Shown: one piece after another, positions 30,081 through 39,927 of the stretch
Layout of the letters: the number at the start of each line of letters is the position of its first letter
Numbering within the stretch: the stretch's first letter is position 1
Source of the DNA: an uncultured Spirochaetota bacterium
GTDB taxonomy: Bacteria > Spirochaetota > Spirochaetia > SZUA-6 > Fen-1364
Direction of reading: 5' to 3'
Assembly: GCA_963820525.1 (NCBI GenBank)
Contig: CAWGAA010000001.1
Location: 832,001-896,000 of the forward strand
Length of the DNA: 64,000 nt
Notes under the pieces: model-generated
The model's input: only the letters and a program-made list of their open reading frames with translations
What the model was told of the DNA's origin: nothing
The model's database searches: none
Position numbers and translations under genes: made by a program

Positions 30081-30191
30081 CAAAAAAGAGATAGCAGCCG
30101 TTATATATCCTAAAGACATTATCCCCAGCCCAATTTGGATCAGGCCTTGACGCGAGCTGCCGATTCATTGAGGTTTATTGAGGAAGTAGAA

Positions 30192-31118
30192 ATGCAAAAG
30201 GATAAAACGCCTCAACTCTCTCAGCTTCTTGATTTTTCAGATGAAAGCGTGGTGCTCCGCGAGGTTGAAAAAACCTTCCGATACGGCTATCACGCTTCGG
30301 GGTTCCGCGCCATCAGCCATGTCTACGCCTTGATCTGCCGCCTCTTCGCCGGAAAGTATCCCGGCTATCGAAAGTGCAATACGGAGTACCACGATCTCAC
30401 TCATACTCTGGAGGTCCTCGTGGCGACGGCCAGGCTCGCCGACGGCCACAACCTCCAGGGAGATCCGCTCCCGCTGGAGATGGCGACAAACCTGTATCTG
30501 GCGGCTCTTCTCCACGATACGGGGTATATTCAGCAGGAGGACGATACCGAAGGCACGGGAGCCAAGCACACCAGGAATCACGAGGAGCGAAGCGTTTCGT
30601 TCACGATGAAGAACGCCTCTCACCTCCACATTCCGCCCGGCGACGTCGAGGTGGTGTCACGACTCATCACGGGAACAGATCTGAACAACGGCTTTCCTCA
30701 GGCCGCCTTCCATGACGAGGGCGAAAGGAAGGCGGGAATTCTCCTGGCCACTGCGGACCTCCTCGGGCAGATGGCGGACCGCGCCTACCTGGAAAAGCTC
30801 ATCTTCCTGTACAGAGAGCTGCGCGAAGCAGGCATTGGAGACTACAAGACGGAGTTCGACATTCTTCGCACCACCCTCGGTTTCTATAAGATCATCCGGG
30901 AGCGCCTCGACGGGCCGCTCATGGGCGCGTACCGCGAAGTACAGATGCACTTCAAGCTGCGATTCGGCGTGGACCGAAACCTCTATATGGAAGCGATCGA
31001 GCGGCAGATGCAGTACCTCGAGGGGATCATCGCGGACGATACTGCCAACTTCAGAAAGAAGCTCAAGCGAATGGACCTGGAAGCGCTTCAGCCCGGAAAG
31101 TCCGAGAGGTCCGCGTAA
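30192..31118 (+). CDS. HD-superfamily metal-dependent phosphohydrolase (PDEase-like)
   Basis: YHDLTHT, ALLHDTGY, HEERS and TADL motifs. Confidence 0.82.
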   Translation: MQKDKTPQLSQLLDFSDESVVLREVEKTFRYGYHASGFRAISHVYALICRLFAGKYPGYRKCNTEYHDLTHTLEVLVATARLADGHNLQGDPLPLEMATNLYLAALLHDTGYIQQEDDTEGTGAKHTRNHEERSVSFTMKNASHLHIPPGDVEVVSRLITGTDLNNGFPQAAFHDEGERKAGILLATADLLGQMADRAYLEKLIFLYRELREAGIGDYKTEFDILRTTLGFYKIIRERLDGPLMGAYREVQMHFKLRFGVDRNLYMEAIERQMQYLEGIIADDTANFRKKLKRMDLEALQPGKSERSA

Positions 31119-31134
31119 GGCAGAGGAGGAAGGT

Positions 31135-31566
31135 ATGCTCAAAGGAATTCCCCATGTCATTTCGCCCGAGCTCTTGAAGATTCTCGATGAAATGGGACAC
31201 GCGGACGAGCTGGTGATCGGGGACTCGAACTTCCCGGCAGCCTCCAATGCCCGGCGGCTGGTCCGGGCCGATGGGGTAGACCTCATCTCGATGCTCGACG
31301 CCGTTTTGAAGCTCTACCCTCTCGACGCCTATGTACCCCGCCCCGTCGGCATCATGCACGTGGTGAAAGGGGACACCATCATCCCCACGATTCATGAGCG
31401 GATAAAGGAAACCATTGCGCGCTACGACGAACGCGGAGTCAAGGCCATCGAAATGGTTGAGCGCTTCGCCTTCTACGAGAGGGCGCGCGGGGCATACGCC
31501 ATTGTTGCAACCACGGAGCAGCAGCCCTACGCCTGCGTGATATTGAAAAAAGGGGTGGTGCGGTAG
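31135..31566 (+). CDS. fucU: RbsD/FucU-family sugar mutarotase
   Basis: MLKGIP, MGHADELVIGDSNFP, ERFAFYERA and KKGV motifs. Confidence 0.88.
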   Translation: MLKGIPHVISPELLKILDEMGHADELVIGDSNFPAASNARRLVRADGVDLISMLDAVLKLYPLDAYVPRPVGIMHVVKGDTIIPTIHERIKETIARYDERGVKAIEMVERFAFYERARGAYAIVATTEQQPYACVILKKGVVR

Positions 31567-31574
31567 AGCCCTAG

Positions 31575-33107
31575 GAGCCTGTCGCGAAACCCTCTTCCGG
31601 GAAGCCATTGAATTGAGGTCCCGGCCATTGATAGAGTGGCCGCATGGGAGAGGGAACTTTTCGATCCTATCAGCCTGATCAGCCGTACCTCCTTCCACCC
31701 CGAGTGGATGAATGGCTGCCCGACGGCCACTTGGTGTACTTCATGCGCGACGTGGTGGAAACGCTGGACCTCGAGGCGATTTATTCAAGCTATCAATTGA
31801 GCGAAGGCGGACGTCCGCCGTACGAGCCGCGGATGATGCTGGCCTTGGTTCTGTATGCCTACAGCGTCGGGGTATACAGTTCGCGAAAGATCGAGCAGGC
31901 CTGCTGGGAGTCGGTGGCCTTTCGGGTACTCAGTGCGGATCAACATCCCGACCATGCGACGATCGCCAGCTTCCGCAAGCGGCATTTGAAGGAGTTGGGG
32001 TTGTTGTTCAACCAGGTGCTGAAGCTGTGCCAACGGGCGGGGTTGGTGAAGTTGGGGCACGTGGCGCTGGACAGCACGAAGGTGAAAGCCAACGCCTCCA
32101 GGCACAAAGCGATGAGCTACGGGCGAATGCTGAAGAGTGAGCAGCGGCTGAACGATGAGATCGCGGCGCTGTTGAAGCGGGCGCAGCGTGAGGATGAAGA
32201 AGAGGACGCACGCCTGGGGCCCGGGGGCAAGGATGAGGATCTGCCCGAGGAGTTGAAGCGGCGGCAGACGAGGCTGGCCAGGATTCGGGAAGCCAAGGCA
32301 GCGTTGGAAGCCGAGGCGCAAGAGAAAGCAGAGGAAGAGGCTCGGCGCAAGGGGGGAGACCCTGGGGCCGCCGGTGGGAAGGGGCGGGCGGAGGTAAAGC
32401 CAGCCGAGAAGGCGCAACGCAATTTCACCGACCCGCAATCGCGGATCATGCTGGACAAGTCCAGCAACAGCTTTGTGCAGGCCTACAATTGCCAGGCGGC
32501 GGTCGACGGGAAGGCCCAGGTGATTGTTGCCGCCGAGGTCACGCAGGAAACCAACGACAGCCGTCAACTGCATCCGATGCTGGAGAAGCTCAAGGCCAAC
32601 ACCGACGGGCAACTTCCCCGGCGTCTGACTGCCGACAGTGGCTACTACAACGGGGAGCATGTGCAATCCCATGAAAAGGAAGTGGACCTCTACATTGCTA
32701 CCGAGCAGTTCCGCCATGGGGAGCGTGTACCGGCTCCGAGGGGGCGCATTCCTTCCGGATTGAGCAAGAAGCAACTGATGGGGCGCAAGGTGCGGAGCGC
32801 ACGGGGGCAACGGATCTACGGGAAGCGTAAACAGATCGTGGAGCCGGTATTCGGGCAGATCAAGGAAGCGCGGGGCTTTCGTCAGTTCTTGCTTCGTGGG
32901 CTGGAGAACGTCTGGGGTGAATGGCAAGTAGTATGTACGACGCACAACCTATTGAAGCTGTTCAGAAGCGGATGGAGATTGAGCGAAGCGTAGGAGAGAG
33001 AAGGAATCCCGGCTCGATGACAAGTTGAGTTGGGGGCGCCTCATCATGAAAACGGCCCGCTCGCCTACCACAAACGGAGACTTGCGGGCCGGTTTCGCGA
33101 CAGGCTC
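31575..33107 (+). mobile_element. IS1182-family insertion sequence with 17-bp perfect terminal inverted repeats and CTAG target duplication
   Basis: IRL GAGCCTGTCGCGAAACC (31575-31591), IRR GGTTTCGCGACAGGCTC (33091-33107); CTAG at 31571-31574 and 33108-33111. Confidence 0.92.
31644..32993 (+). CDS. IS1182-family DDE transposase
   Basis: GRPPYEP, PDHATIASFR, ALDSTKVKANAS, TADSGY and RKQIVEPVFGQIK motifs. Confidence 0.93.
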   Translation: MGEGTFRSYQPDQPYLLPPRVDEWLPDGHLVYFMRDVVETLDLEAIYSSYQLSEGGRPPYEPRMMLALVLYAYSVGVYSSRKIEQACWESVAFRVLSADQHPDHATIASFRKRHLKELGLLFNQVLKLCQRAGLVKLGHVALDSTKVKANASRHKAMSYGRMLKSEQRLNDEIAALLKRAQREDEEEDARLGPGGKDEDLPEELKRRQTRLARIREAKAALEAEAQEKAEEEARRKGGDPGAAGGKGRAEVKPAEKAQRNFTDPQSRIMLDKSSNSFVQAYNCQAAVDGKAQVIVAAEVTQETNDSRQLHPMLEKLKANTDGQLPRRLTADSGYYNGEHVQSHEKEVDLYIATEQFRHGERVPAPRGRIPSGLSKKQLMGRKVRSARGQRIYGKRKQIVEPVFGQIKEARGFRQFLLRGLENVWGEWQVVCTTHNLLKLFRSGWRLSEA

Positions 33108-35537
33108 CTAGGCGATCAACTGCGCTTCGCGCGGCTGGATTCCCTTGGCCAGGAGGGCAGCGGCGAGCGCTTCGTCGATCCTGTCCACCAGGACGAACGC
33201 CATCTTCGTCCTCACTTCGCTCGGAAGCTCGTCGAGGTCGGCTTCGTTTCTCCGTGGAAGGATGACGGTCTTCAACCCGGCCCGGTGGGCGGCGAGCACC
33301 TTCATCTTGATCCCTCCCACGGGCAGCACGCGTCCGCGGAGCGTCACCTCGCCCGTCATGCCCACGTCGCTTTTCACGGGCCTGCCCGTGAAAAGGCTCG
33401 CAATGGCAAGGGTCATGGCCACTCCCGCCGAAGGGCCGTCTTTGGGGATGGCGCCCGCCGGCACATGGATGTGGACATCCATCTGGCTGAAGACCTCGGG
33501 GTCCACTCCAAGCTCCCCCGCCTTCGACCTGACGTAGCTCTGGGCGATCTGCGCACTTTCCCGCATCACGTCGCCGAGCTGGCCCGTGAGCGTGAAGCCT
33601 CCCTTGCCCTTCATCTGTGTGGCTTCTATGAAGAGGATATCGCCTCCAACCGCAGTGACGGCGAGCCCCGTGGCGATCCCCGGGATCTCGATGGATTCGG
33701 AGGTCTCCGACTCGAACTTCTCCTTTTTCAAGTACTCCCTGACGATATCCGGTGTGATCTCCAGCGTGGCCGTCCCATTGGCGACGATCCTCGCCACGCT
33801 CTTTCTGCAGATCGCCTCGATCTGCCGCTCGAGGTTCCGCACGCCGGCTTCGCGGGTATAATCCTGCACGATCTTGCCCAGCGCTTCATCCGTGAACAGG
33901 ACCTCGTCGGGCTTCAGGCCGTTCGCGGCGAGCTGCCGGGGCACCAGGTGTTCGCGGGCGATGTGGATCTTTTCATGCTCCGTGTATCCGTCGAGCTGGA
34001 TGATCTCCATCCTGTCGCGCAGGGGCGCCGGGACCGTCTCCAGCTGATTGGCGGTGGTGATGAACATCACGTCGCTCAAGTCGAAGTCGACATTGAGGTA
34101 GTGGTCCCGGAAGGTCGAGTTCTGCGCCGGGTCGAGGACCTCCAGGAGCGCGCTGGATGGATCTCCACGCCAGTCGTTTCCCACCTTGTCTATCTCGTCC
34201 AGCATGAACACGGGGTTTCTGGTGCCCGCTCTCTTAACGGCCTGGATGATGCGGCCCGGCATGGCGCCGATATAGGTGCGGCGGTGCCCGCGGATCTCCG
34301 CCTCGTCACGCATCCCTCCCAGGCTCATCCGGGTAAACTTCCTTCCTAAAGAGCGGGCAATGCTCTGTCCAAGGCTGGTCTTTCCGACGCCGGGAGGCCC
34401 GACGAAACAGAGGATGGCCCCCATGGCCCTCTCCCTCCCCTCTGTGCTGATCCAGGCCGCCGAAATTCCCCTCTCCTTGAGGAGCTTTCTGACCGCCAGG
34501 TACTCGATGATCCTGTCCTTCACCTCTTCAAGATCGTAGTGGTCCTGATCGAGGACGGCGCGCGCGTCGGCAACGTCGAGATGGTCCTCGCTCTCCGTGC
34601 TCCAGGGAAGCTCGACCATCCAGTCCAGGTACGTCTTGATCATGGGGTACTCGGCCGACTGCGGCGGCATCCCCGAGAGCCGCTTCAGCTCCCTCTGGGC
34701 TTCCTTTTTCGCCTCCTCCGGCATTCCGGCCTTCTCCAGCTTTCTGGTGTACTCCTCCACAAGGGACTGATTCTCATCGAGGTCCCCCAGCTCCTTCTGG
34801 ATGGCCTTCAACTGCTGGCGAAGGAAATACTCGCGCTGCTCCTTCTCCATCTCCTCCCGGGCTTCCGACTTGATCTTCTGCCCGAGACTGAGCACATCCT
34901 TCTCATGGGAAAGATGCGCTATCAGGGCCCGGAGCTTCTCCTTGACGCTGTCGAGCTCCAGGATCTTTTGGGCTTCCACGACCTCGAGGCGTGCGTTCGC
35001 CGCAACAAGGTACGAAAGGTAGCGGGGGTCATTGACGATGCCGAGGATGCTCCCCGCTTCCTTGGGCAGATTGGGAGAGAGGTCGATCACCTCCTGCGCA
35101 AGATCGCGCATCCCGCGCATCAAGGCTTCCATCTCCAGGTCGCGCTCGATCTTCTCTTCCCCGGACGCGATTCGGGCGCGCAGGTAGGGCTCGGAGGGAT
35201 GCCAATGAAGCACCCGGAAGCGTTCGAGCCCCTGGACGAGAACCTGCATCGCCTGGTCCTCGGAACGGATCACCCTCAGGATCCGCGCTACGGTGCCGAT
35301 CTGGTATACCTGGTCCGGCGTGGGCTCCTCGATGTTCGCATCCTTCACGGCCACCAGGCCGATGAGGCTAGTGTCCCGGACAGCCTCCTCCACGAGCTTG
35401 ACCGATCGGGGAATGCCCACCGCAAGGGGAATGACGGAATAGGGAAAAGCGACGGTGCTTCGAAGGGGCAGGATGGCGAGATCCTTCGGAATCGCCGGCG
35501 TCTGCTCGATCTCGGATGGTTTTGTGAAACCTCGCAT
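33108..35537 (-). CDS. lon: ATP-dependent Lon protease (LonA)
   Basis: Lon N-domain LPLR, Walker [24 protein letters not shown] catalytic serine. Confidence 0.96.
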   Translation of the reverse strand: MRGFTKPSEIEQTPAIPKDLAILPLRSTVAFPYSVIPLAVGIPRSVKLVEEAVRDTSLIGLVAVKDANIEEPTPDQVYQIGTVARILRVIRSEDQAMQVLVQGLERFRVLHWHPSEPYLRARIASGEEKIERDLEMEALMRGMRDLAQEVIDLSPNLPKEAGSILGIVNDPRYLSYLVAANARLEVVEAQKILELDSVKEKLRALIAHLSHEKDVLSLGQKIKSEAREEMEKEQREYFLRQQLKAIQKELGDLDENQSLVEEYTRKLEKAGMPEEAKKEAQRELKRLSGMPPQSAEYPMIKTYLDWMVELPWSTESEDHLDVADARAVLDQDHYDLEEVKDRIIEYLAVRKLLKERGISAAWISTEGRERAMGAILCFVGPPGVGKTSLGQSIARSLGRKFTRMSLGGMRDEAEIRGHRRTYIGAMPGRIIQAVKRAGTRNPVFMLDEIDKVGNDWRGDPSSALLEVLDPAQNSTFRDHYLNVDFDLSDVMFITTANQLETVPAPLRDRMEIIQLDGYTEHEKIHIAREHLVPRQLAANGLKPDEVLFTDEALGKIVQDYTREAGVRNLERQIEAICRKSVARIVANGTATLEITPDIVREYLKKEKFESETSESIEIPGIATGLAVTAVGGDILFIEATQMKGKGGFTLTGQLGDVMRESAQIAQSYVRSKAGELGVDPEVFSQMDVHIHVPAGAIPKDGPSAGVAMTLAIASLFTGRPVKSDVGMTGEVTLRGRVLPVGGIKMKVLAAHRAGLKTVILPRRNEADLDELPSEVRTKMAFVLVDRIDEALAAALLAKGIQPREAQLIA

Positions 35538-35601
35538 GTATCGTTCGCTCCATTTCTCTACGCATAAGATACTAGATGTTTGGCGCGGCACCAAACGCGC
35601 T

Positions 35602-36762
35602 TCAGGAGCGGATGCGACGGATGATGGCGAGCGAGATACCGACCAGGAGGATGTTGATGATGATATAGATGCCGAATCCCCCCCGAAGCCCGACCACCTC
35701 GAAGAGAACGGCGATGACGAAGGGGAACGTGAAGGAGCCGATCCCCCCGCCGGTGGAAGCAGTGCCCACGGCGACGCCGCTTTTAAAGTGCTTGCCGACG
35801 AGGGCCATGACCAGGGGATAGATGGCCGAGTATCCCAAACCGGTGAGAAACACGAATATCCCGGCCGCAACCATCGAGTGAAGGAGAAGGAACACTCCCA
35901 GGGCCGCCGCGCTGAAAGCGGAGAGCCCCAGGAGGATGAGCTCCTGCCGCGTACCGCGATATGCGAAGGATACCCCAAGCCTCCCAACGAAAAGCCCGGC
36001 CCAGAAAAGGGAGACGGTGAACGCGGCGACGGCAATGGGAGCCGAAAGGACCTTCACGAAATACTCGGCCACCCAGCTCGAGACGCCCAGCTCGGCACCG
36101 ACATAGACAAGCAGCATGAGGGTGAGGAGAAGCAGGAGGGGCTGCCGCAGAAGGTGTGTCCCCGAATGCCCGCCCTTGACCGTGCCATCCGAGGCGCGGG
36201 GAAACGCGATGGAGGCAAACGTAATTCCCATTGCCGCGACGAGGCCGCCCGTGATGGAGAATACCGCCGCACCGCCGACGCCCAGACCGATCATCACTCC
36301 CACCATGGCGGGGCCGACTATCGCGCCGATGCTGAAGGCGGCGTGCATCAGGTTCATCAGCCTGCTCTGTCCCTTGGGCTCCATGTGGATGACCTCGAGG
36401 TTTGTGACGACTTCGATCGTCCCCTGGCAGAGCCCAAGGAGGAAGGTGAGCGCGAAGTTGAGAATGGGCGACGGGCTTCGGGCGAACAGGGCGAGGCTTA
36501 TCGCCCCCAGGGCAAGCCCTGACACGACAACGTGCTTGGGCTGAACCCTCTGGACAAGGAAACCGCAGACGAACGTGGAGACGAAGTAGCCGATGGCGCT
36601 TCCGGCCAGGACAAGGCCCGTCACGGAGTACGACCAGCCGAACGAGCGGATGATGTTCGGAATGGACGCTCCGATTATCGTGAAGACAATGCCGAAGACG
36701 GCGAAACCCGCGAGAAGGAAAAGGTAGAGGCGGCGGGCGCGGGGCTCAAGGTTTCCAAGCAT
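35602..36762 (-). CDS. MFS transporter (FucP/TsgA-like)
   Basis: About 12 TM helices; MNLMHAAFSIGAIVGP and YVGAE motifs. Confidence 0.88.
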   Translation of the reverse strand: MLGNLEPRARRLYLFLLAGFAVFGIVFTIIGASIPNIIRSFGWSYSVTGLVLAGSAIGYFVSTFVCGFLVQRVQPKHVVVSGLALGAISLALFARSPSPILNFALTFLLGLCQGTIEVVTNLEVIHMEPKGQSRLMNLMHAAFSIGAIVGPAMVGVMIGLGVGGAAVFSITGGLVAAMGITFASIAFPRASDGTVKGGHSGTHLLRQPLLLLLTLMLLVYVGAELGVSSWVAEYFVKVLSAPIAVAAFTVSLFWAGLFVGRLGVSFAYRGTRQELILLGLSAFSAAALGVFLLLHSMVAAGIFVFLTGLGYSAIYPLVMALVGKHFKSGVAVGTASTGGGIGSFTFPFVIAVLFEVVGLRGGFGIYIIINILLVGISLAIIRRIRS

Positions 36763-36959
36763 AGAGTGGAGGCTTCTTTGTAGGGGAAGAGGGAGCCGGT
36801 GTCAAGGGAGATGCCGAATGGCTCAAGCGGCGGCCGCAGGGAGCCGGGCGCGAAGCGCTGCCGGCTGAAGCGGGGGCGCGGGCTGCGTAGGGACAGGGAG
36901 GTGAGAGTGAAACCAGTTGCAGCAATAAACCCTAGAATGCTATCCTTTGAGGAGTAGAC

Positions 36960-37505
36960 ATGAATAAACAGGCCACACCCGTCAATATGAAGAAGGTGTT
37001 CTCCGTCCTCAACAAGATGAAGGAGGACGGCGTGTTCGAAAAGTATGCAGTGGGAGGGGCGGTGGCCTGCTCGATTCACCTGGAACCAGCCTACACTGCA
37101 GACATGGACATCTTCGTCATGCTGAATCGGTATCCAGGCAAAAAAGTCCTCAGCCTCCAACAGATCAACGACTACCTGCTTTCCCGGGGAGCCAAGCTCG
37201 AAGGGCAGTACATCGTTTATGCCGGCTGGCCGCTGCAATTTCTCCCTGCGGACATCAGCCCTCTTGTCGCGGAAGCCCTTGATCGCGCGGAGGAGTACGA
37301 CGCCGACGGCCTTTCCATCTGGATATTCAGTTCTGAGCATTTGGCGGCGATAGCGCTTGAGGTGGGACGGGGCAAAGACAAGCTTCGCTTGAACACGCTC
37401 ATAGAATCGGGTATATTGGATATGCGAAAATTCAAGGCGATCCTCCGGCGGCATGGCCTCGAAAAGAAATATGAGGATTGGTTGAAATGGCAAAAGGCCC
37501 TCTGA
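36960..37505 (+). CDS. Putative nucleotidyltransferase-fold protein
   Basis: YAVGGAVA...TADMDIFV (GG...DxD) and GRGKD motifs; GAGGAG RBS. Confidence 0.7.
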   Translation: MNKQATPVNMKKVFSVLNKMKEDGVFEKYAVGGAVACSIHLEPAYTADMDIFVMLNRYPGKKVLSLQQINDYLLSRGAKLEGQYIVYAGWPLQFLPADISPLVAEALDRAEEYDADGLSIWIFSSEHLAAIALEVGRGKDKLRLNTLIESGILDMRKFKAILRRHGLEKKYEDWLKWQKAL

Positions 37506-37663
37506 CTTTCGACCTCAAGTCGGCGTTAAAGAGAAAGACGGCGCAGCGGCGGATGCATTCCTCACTATCTATTTCCGAAAAGATGAAACTGCTGGATCAA
37601 TTGCATTATAACGCCGCCTTCCTCGCCAGTCTTCGTCCAAAAGCCAAGACAGCTCACAAGTAA
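37487..37663 (+). CDS. Small basic hypothetical protein overlapping the nucleotidyltransferase gene
   Basis: 58-aa ORF MAKGPLTF...LSISEKMKLLDQL; overlaps the upstream stop; GAGG upstream. Confidence 0.5.
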   Translation: MAKGPLTFDLKSALKRKTAQRRMHSSLSISEKMKLLDQLHYNAAFLASLRPKAKTAHK

Positions 37664-37712
37664 TACCTGCCCCGGATTTTTTTGAATTGGCTTTTTGGTA
37701 TGATTTTTGCAT

Positions 37713-37749
37713 AAAAAAGGCTTCCCGCTGCCACTGAGCGAGAAGCCTT
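37713..37749 (-). terminator. Rho-independent terminator for the lipoprotein gene
   Basis: AAGGCTTC-C-CGCT...AGCG-A-GAAGCCTT hairpin with an adjacent A-run (T-run on the minus strand). Confidence 0.65.
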
Positions 37750-37773
37750 GATGATCGAACGGCGCAATATCAG

Positions 37774-39861
37774 CTAATGAATGCGATTCAATACGGCCAG
37801 GCCGTTGGCGCTCGAGCCTGCCACATAGCAGTTTTTCCCATCAGGAGAAACAGAGAGGCCCCTTGCCCCGTCGAAACCACTCACCAGAGAATTGAACGTC
37901 AGCCCCCCCGCTGCCGGGTCTCTCGAAAAGAACGCCACGGCATCGTCTCCCGAGCCGGTTGCGTACACTGAAAGCCCATCCGGCGCGACAGCCACTCCCC
38001 TGGCATAATACAGGCCATTCACGCCCGCGGCACCGTCTTTGAGAAAGGTGGAAAATGAGAGCAAGCCGTTAGATTGCTCCCGCCTGAACACGGCAAGGGC
38101 ATTGTCGTAATAGCCCGTGACATAGACACTTGAGCCATCCGGCGACAACTCCACGCAATCCGCCCCGTTCAGGCCGTCGCAGCCGGAAAGACCGTCGGAA
38201 AAGGCCTGAGAATAGCTCAGCGCGCCGCTGGCCGGGTCCCTGCTGAAAACGAGGAGTGAATCGTCGGTATATGAGGCGACAAACACCTGGCTGCCGTCAG
38301 GCGCCACGGCAACCGATGAAGCGCCGCCCAAGAGTGAGACCTCACCCTCACCATCTCGGAGGGTCTGGAGAAGAGCCGGCGTTCCCGACACAGGCTCGAC
38401 CTGAAACGCGAGCAGGGCGCCGCTGGTATATCCGACACAGTAAACGCTCTTGCCGTCCGGAGAAACTGCCACATCCCTGGCCCCAGCCAGACCGTCCAGG
38501 CCGGGATCGCCGTTCTTCAGGCAAGAAAGATACGACAGCGCTCCGGTTGCGGAATCCCGATCGAAAACCGCCAGGGCGCCATCCGTGTAGCTTGCCGCAT
38601 ATAGATGACGGCCGTCAGGCGAGATGGCTATCGATTCGACTCCGGATAGACCCTGCACGCCGTCCTTGCCGTTTTTGAGCTGCCCCATGAACCTCAAGGC
38701 CCCCGTATCGAAATCCCGCTGGAACCAGGCCACGGCGGAGTCGCCGTATCCGCAGGCATAGAGGCTCGAACCGTCGGGCGAAACGCATACGGACCGGCAG
38801 CCGTTCAAGCCGTCGACACCCGCCACCCCGTCTTTTATAAACGTCGAGAGGGAGAGCGAACCGAAAGCCAGCTGGGCCAAGACCCGGATAGAAAAGCTCG
38901 ACGAGCCTGCCCGCCTTCCATCTGCGCTGAATACCGCAAGATCCACCCGGCGCGTTCCAAGGGCAAGATCGGCCCCGAGGGTGGCGATCTGGCCGCTCGA
39001 GCGGGACATCCCATCAACGTACCAGGCGCTCTTCACGCCGGGGCAGTCCTCGGCGAGCCACGCCTTGAGGGTGAAGCACTGGCCGAGCCCGATCTCGCTC
39101 TGCCGGCCGGCGATTTCAACGGCAATGGGGTTGTCGAGCCGCGGGGTGACGGTCACGTTGATGGAACCCTGAGCGCCGTCAATGCCGGTGAAGTCGAGCT
39201 CCCCGGAGGTCGTCTGGTCCTTGAGGATGCGAACGACGTCGATTGCCCCAGCAACCGGATTGCCGCTGCTCAAGAGCTGGACCTGCAATGTGTAGTACCC
39301 GCCCGGCAGATCCTGCGTGGAAGATGTCCCGACGCCGCTTTCAATCGAGAAGACAAGCGGGATCTCGTTCCCCGCCGAGGATGTGAGGCCTGCGGTTATG
39401 GATGGCGCCGGCACCGCGGCGGCCGGCCACCTGACCGTGAGCGACAAGGTCCCGCTCCCCGGCAGGGGATCAACCTGGATCTCTACCTCGTTCTGCTGCC
39501 CATCCATCAACGTGACCCTTTTCGTGCCTTCCGCGATGACTGTTCCCCCCTCGTTGAGAGCGGAAGCGGTGATCTCCCAGTCTCCCAGATCGAGGTTTTC
39601 AAGCACGATGATGGACTGCGAGCCGCTTGTCTCTGCCCGCTGCCCCGCCGGACCCGCACCAACGACGGTGTAGCCGGCCGGGACCATATCGAGAGGGGGC
39701 ACGAGGGTCTTGGATTGGGCGGGGAGAACGAGAAAAACAGAGAGCGATGCTTTCCCCCCCAGGGTTCCCGGATGGGCCTGGCAGGAGAAAAACGGAGAGC
39801 TGAACGCGAGACATGCAACGAGCGCCAAGAGGCGCGGAAAGCCGTATTCTCTTCCTGGCAT
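37774..39861 (-). CDS. Lipoprotein with beta-sandwich region and C-terminal 7-bladed lactonase-like beta-propeller
   Basis: Lipobox FFSC; seven approximately 50-aa repeats of GL.G...V.VSPDG..Y. Confidence 0.82.
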   Translation of the reverse strand: MPGREYGFPRLLALVACLAFSSPFFSCQAHPGTLGGKASLSVFLVLPAQSKTLVPPLDMVPAGYTVVGAGPAGQRAETSGSQSIIVLENLDLGDWEITASALNEGGTVIAEGTKRVTLMDGQQNEVEIQVDPLPGSGTLSLTVRWPAAAVPAPSITAGLTSSAGNEIPLVFSIESGVGTSSTQDLPGGYYTLQVQLLSSGNPVAGAIDVVRILKDQTTSGELDFTGIDGAQGSINVTVTPRLDNPIAVEIAGRQSEIGLGQCFTLKAWLAEDCPGVKSAWYVDGMSRSSGQIATLGADLALGTRRVDLAVFSADGRRAGSSSFSIRVLAQLAFGSLSLSTFIKDGVAGVDGLNGCRSVCVSPDGSSLYACGYGDSAVAWFQRDFDTGALRFMGQLKNGKDGVQGLSGVESIAISPDGRHLYAASYTDGALAVFDRDSATGALSYLSCLKNGDPGLDGLAGARDVAVSPDGKSVYCVGYTSGALLAFQVEPVSGTPALLQTLRDGEGEVSLLGGASSVAVAPDGSQVFVASYTDDSLLVFSRDPASGALSYSQAFSDGLSGCDGLNGADCVELSPDGSSVYVTGYYDNALAVFRREQSNGLLSFSTFLKDGAAGVNGLYYARGVAVAPDGLSVYATGSGDDAVAFFSRDPAAGGLTFNSLVSGFDGARGLSVSPDGKNCYVAGSSANGLAVLNRIH

Positions 39862-39927
39862 GAGCTTCTTCCTCCTCGATCTTTATAGAAAAGAGAAGGT
39901 TCCGCCCGCTTGAAGCATTCCCGCTTT

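Noticed and set aside
35538..36035. N-terminal extension of Lon (975-aa ORF)
   Set aside because: It overlaps the MFS gene in another frame; a GGAG SD-like sequence supports the start at 35537.
36804..36880. GGGAGATGCCGAATGGCTCAAG, resembling a tRNA-Ser/Leu 5' end
   Set aside because: No TTCGA T-loop, acceptor-stem pairing or CCA end.
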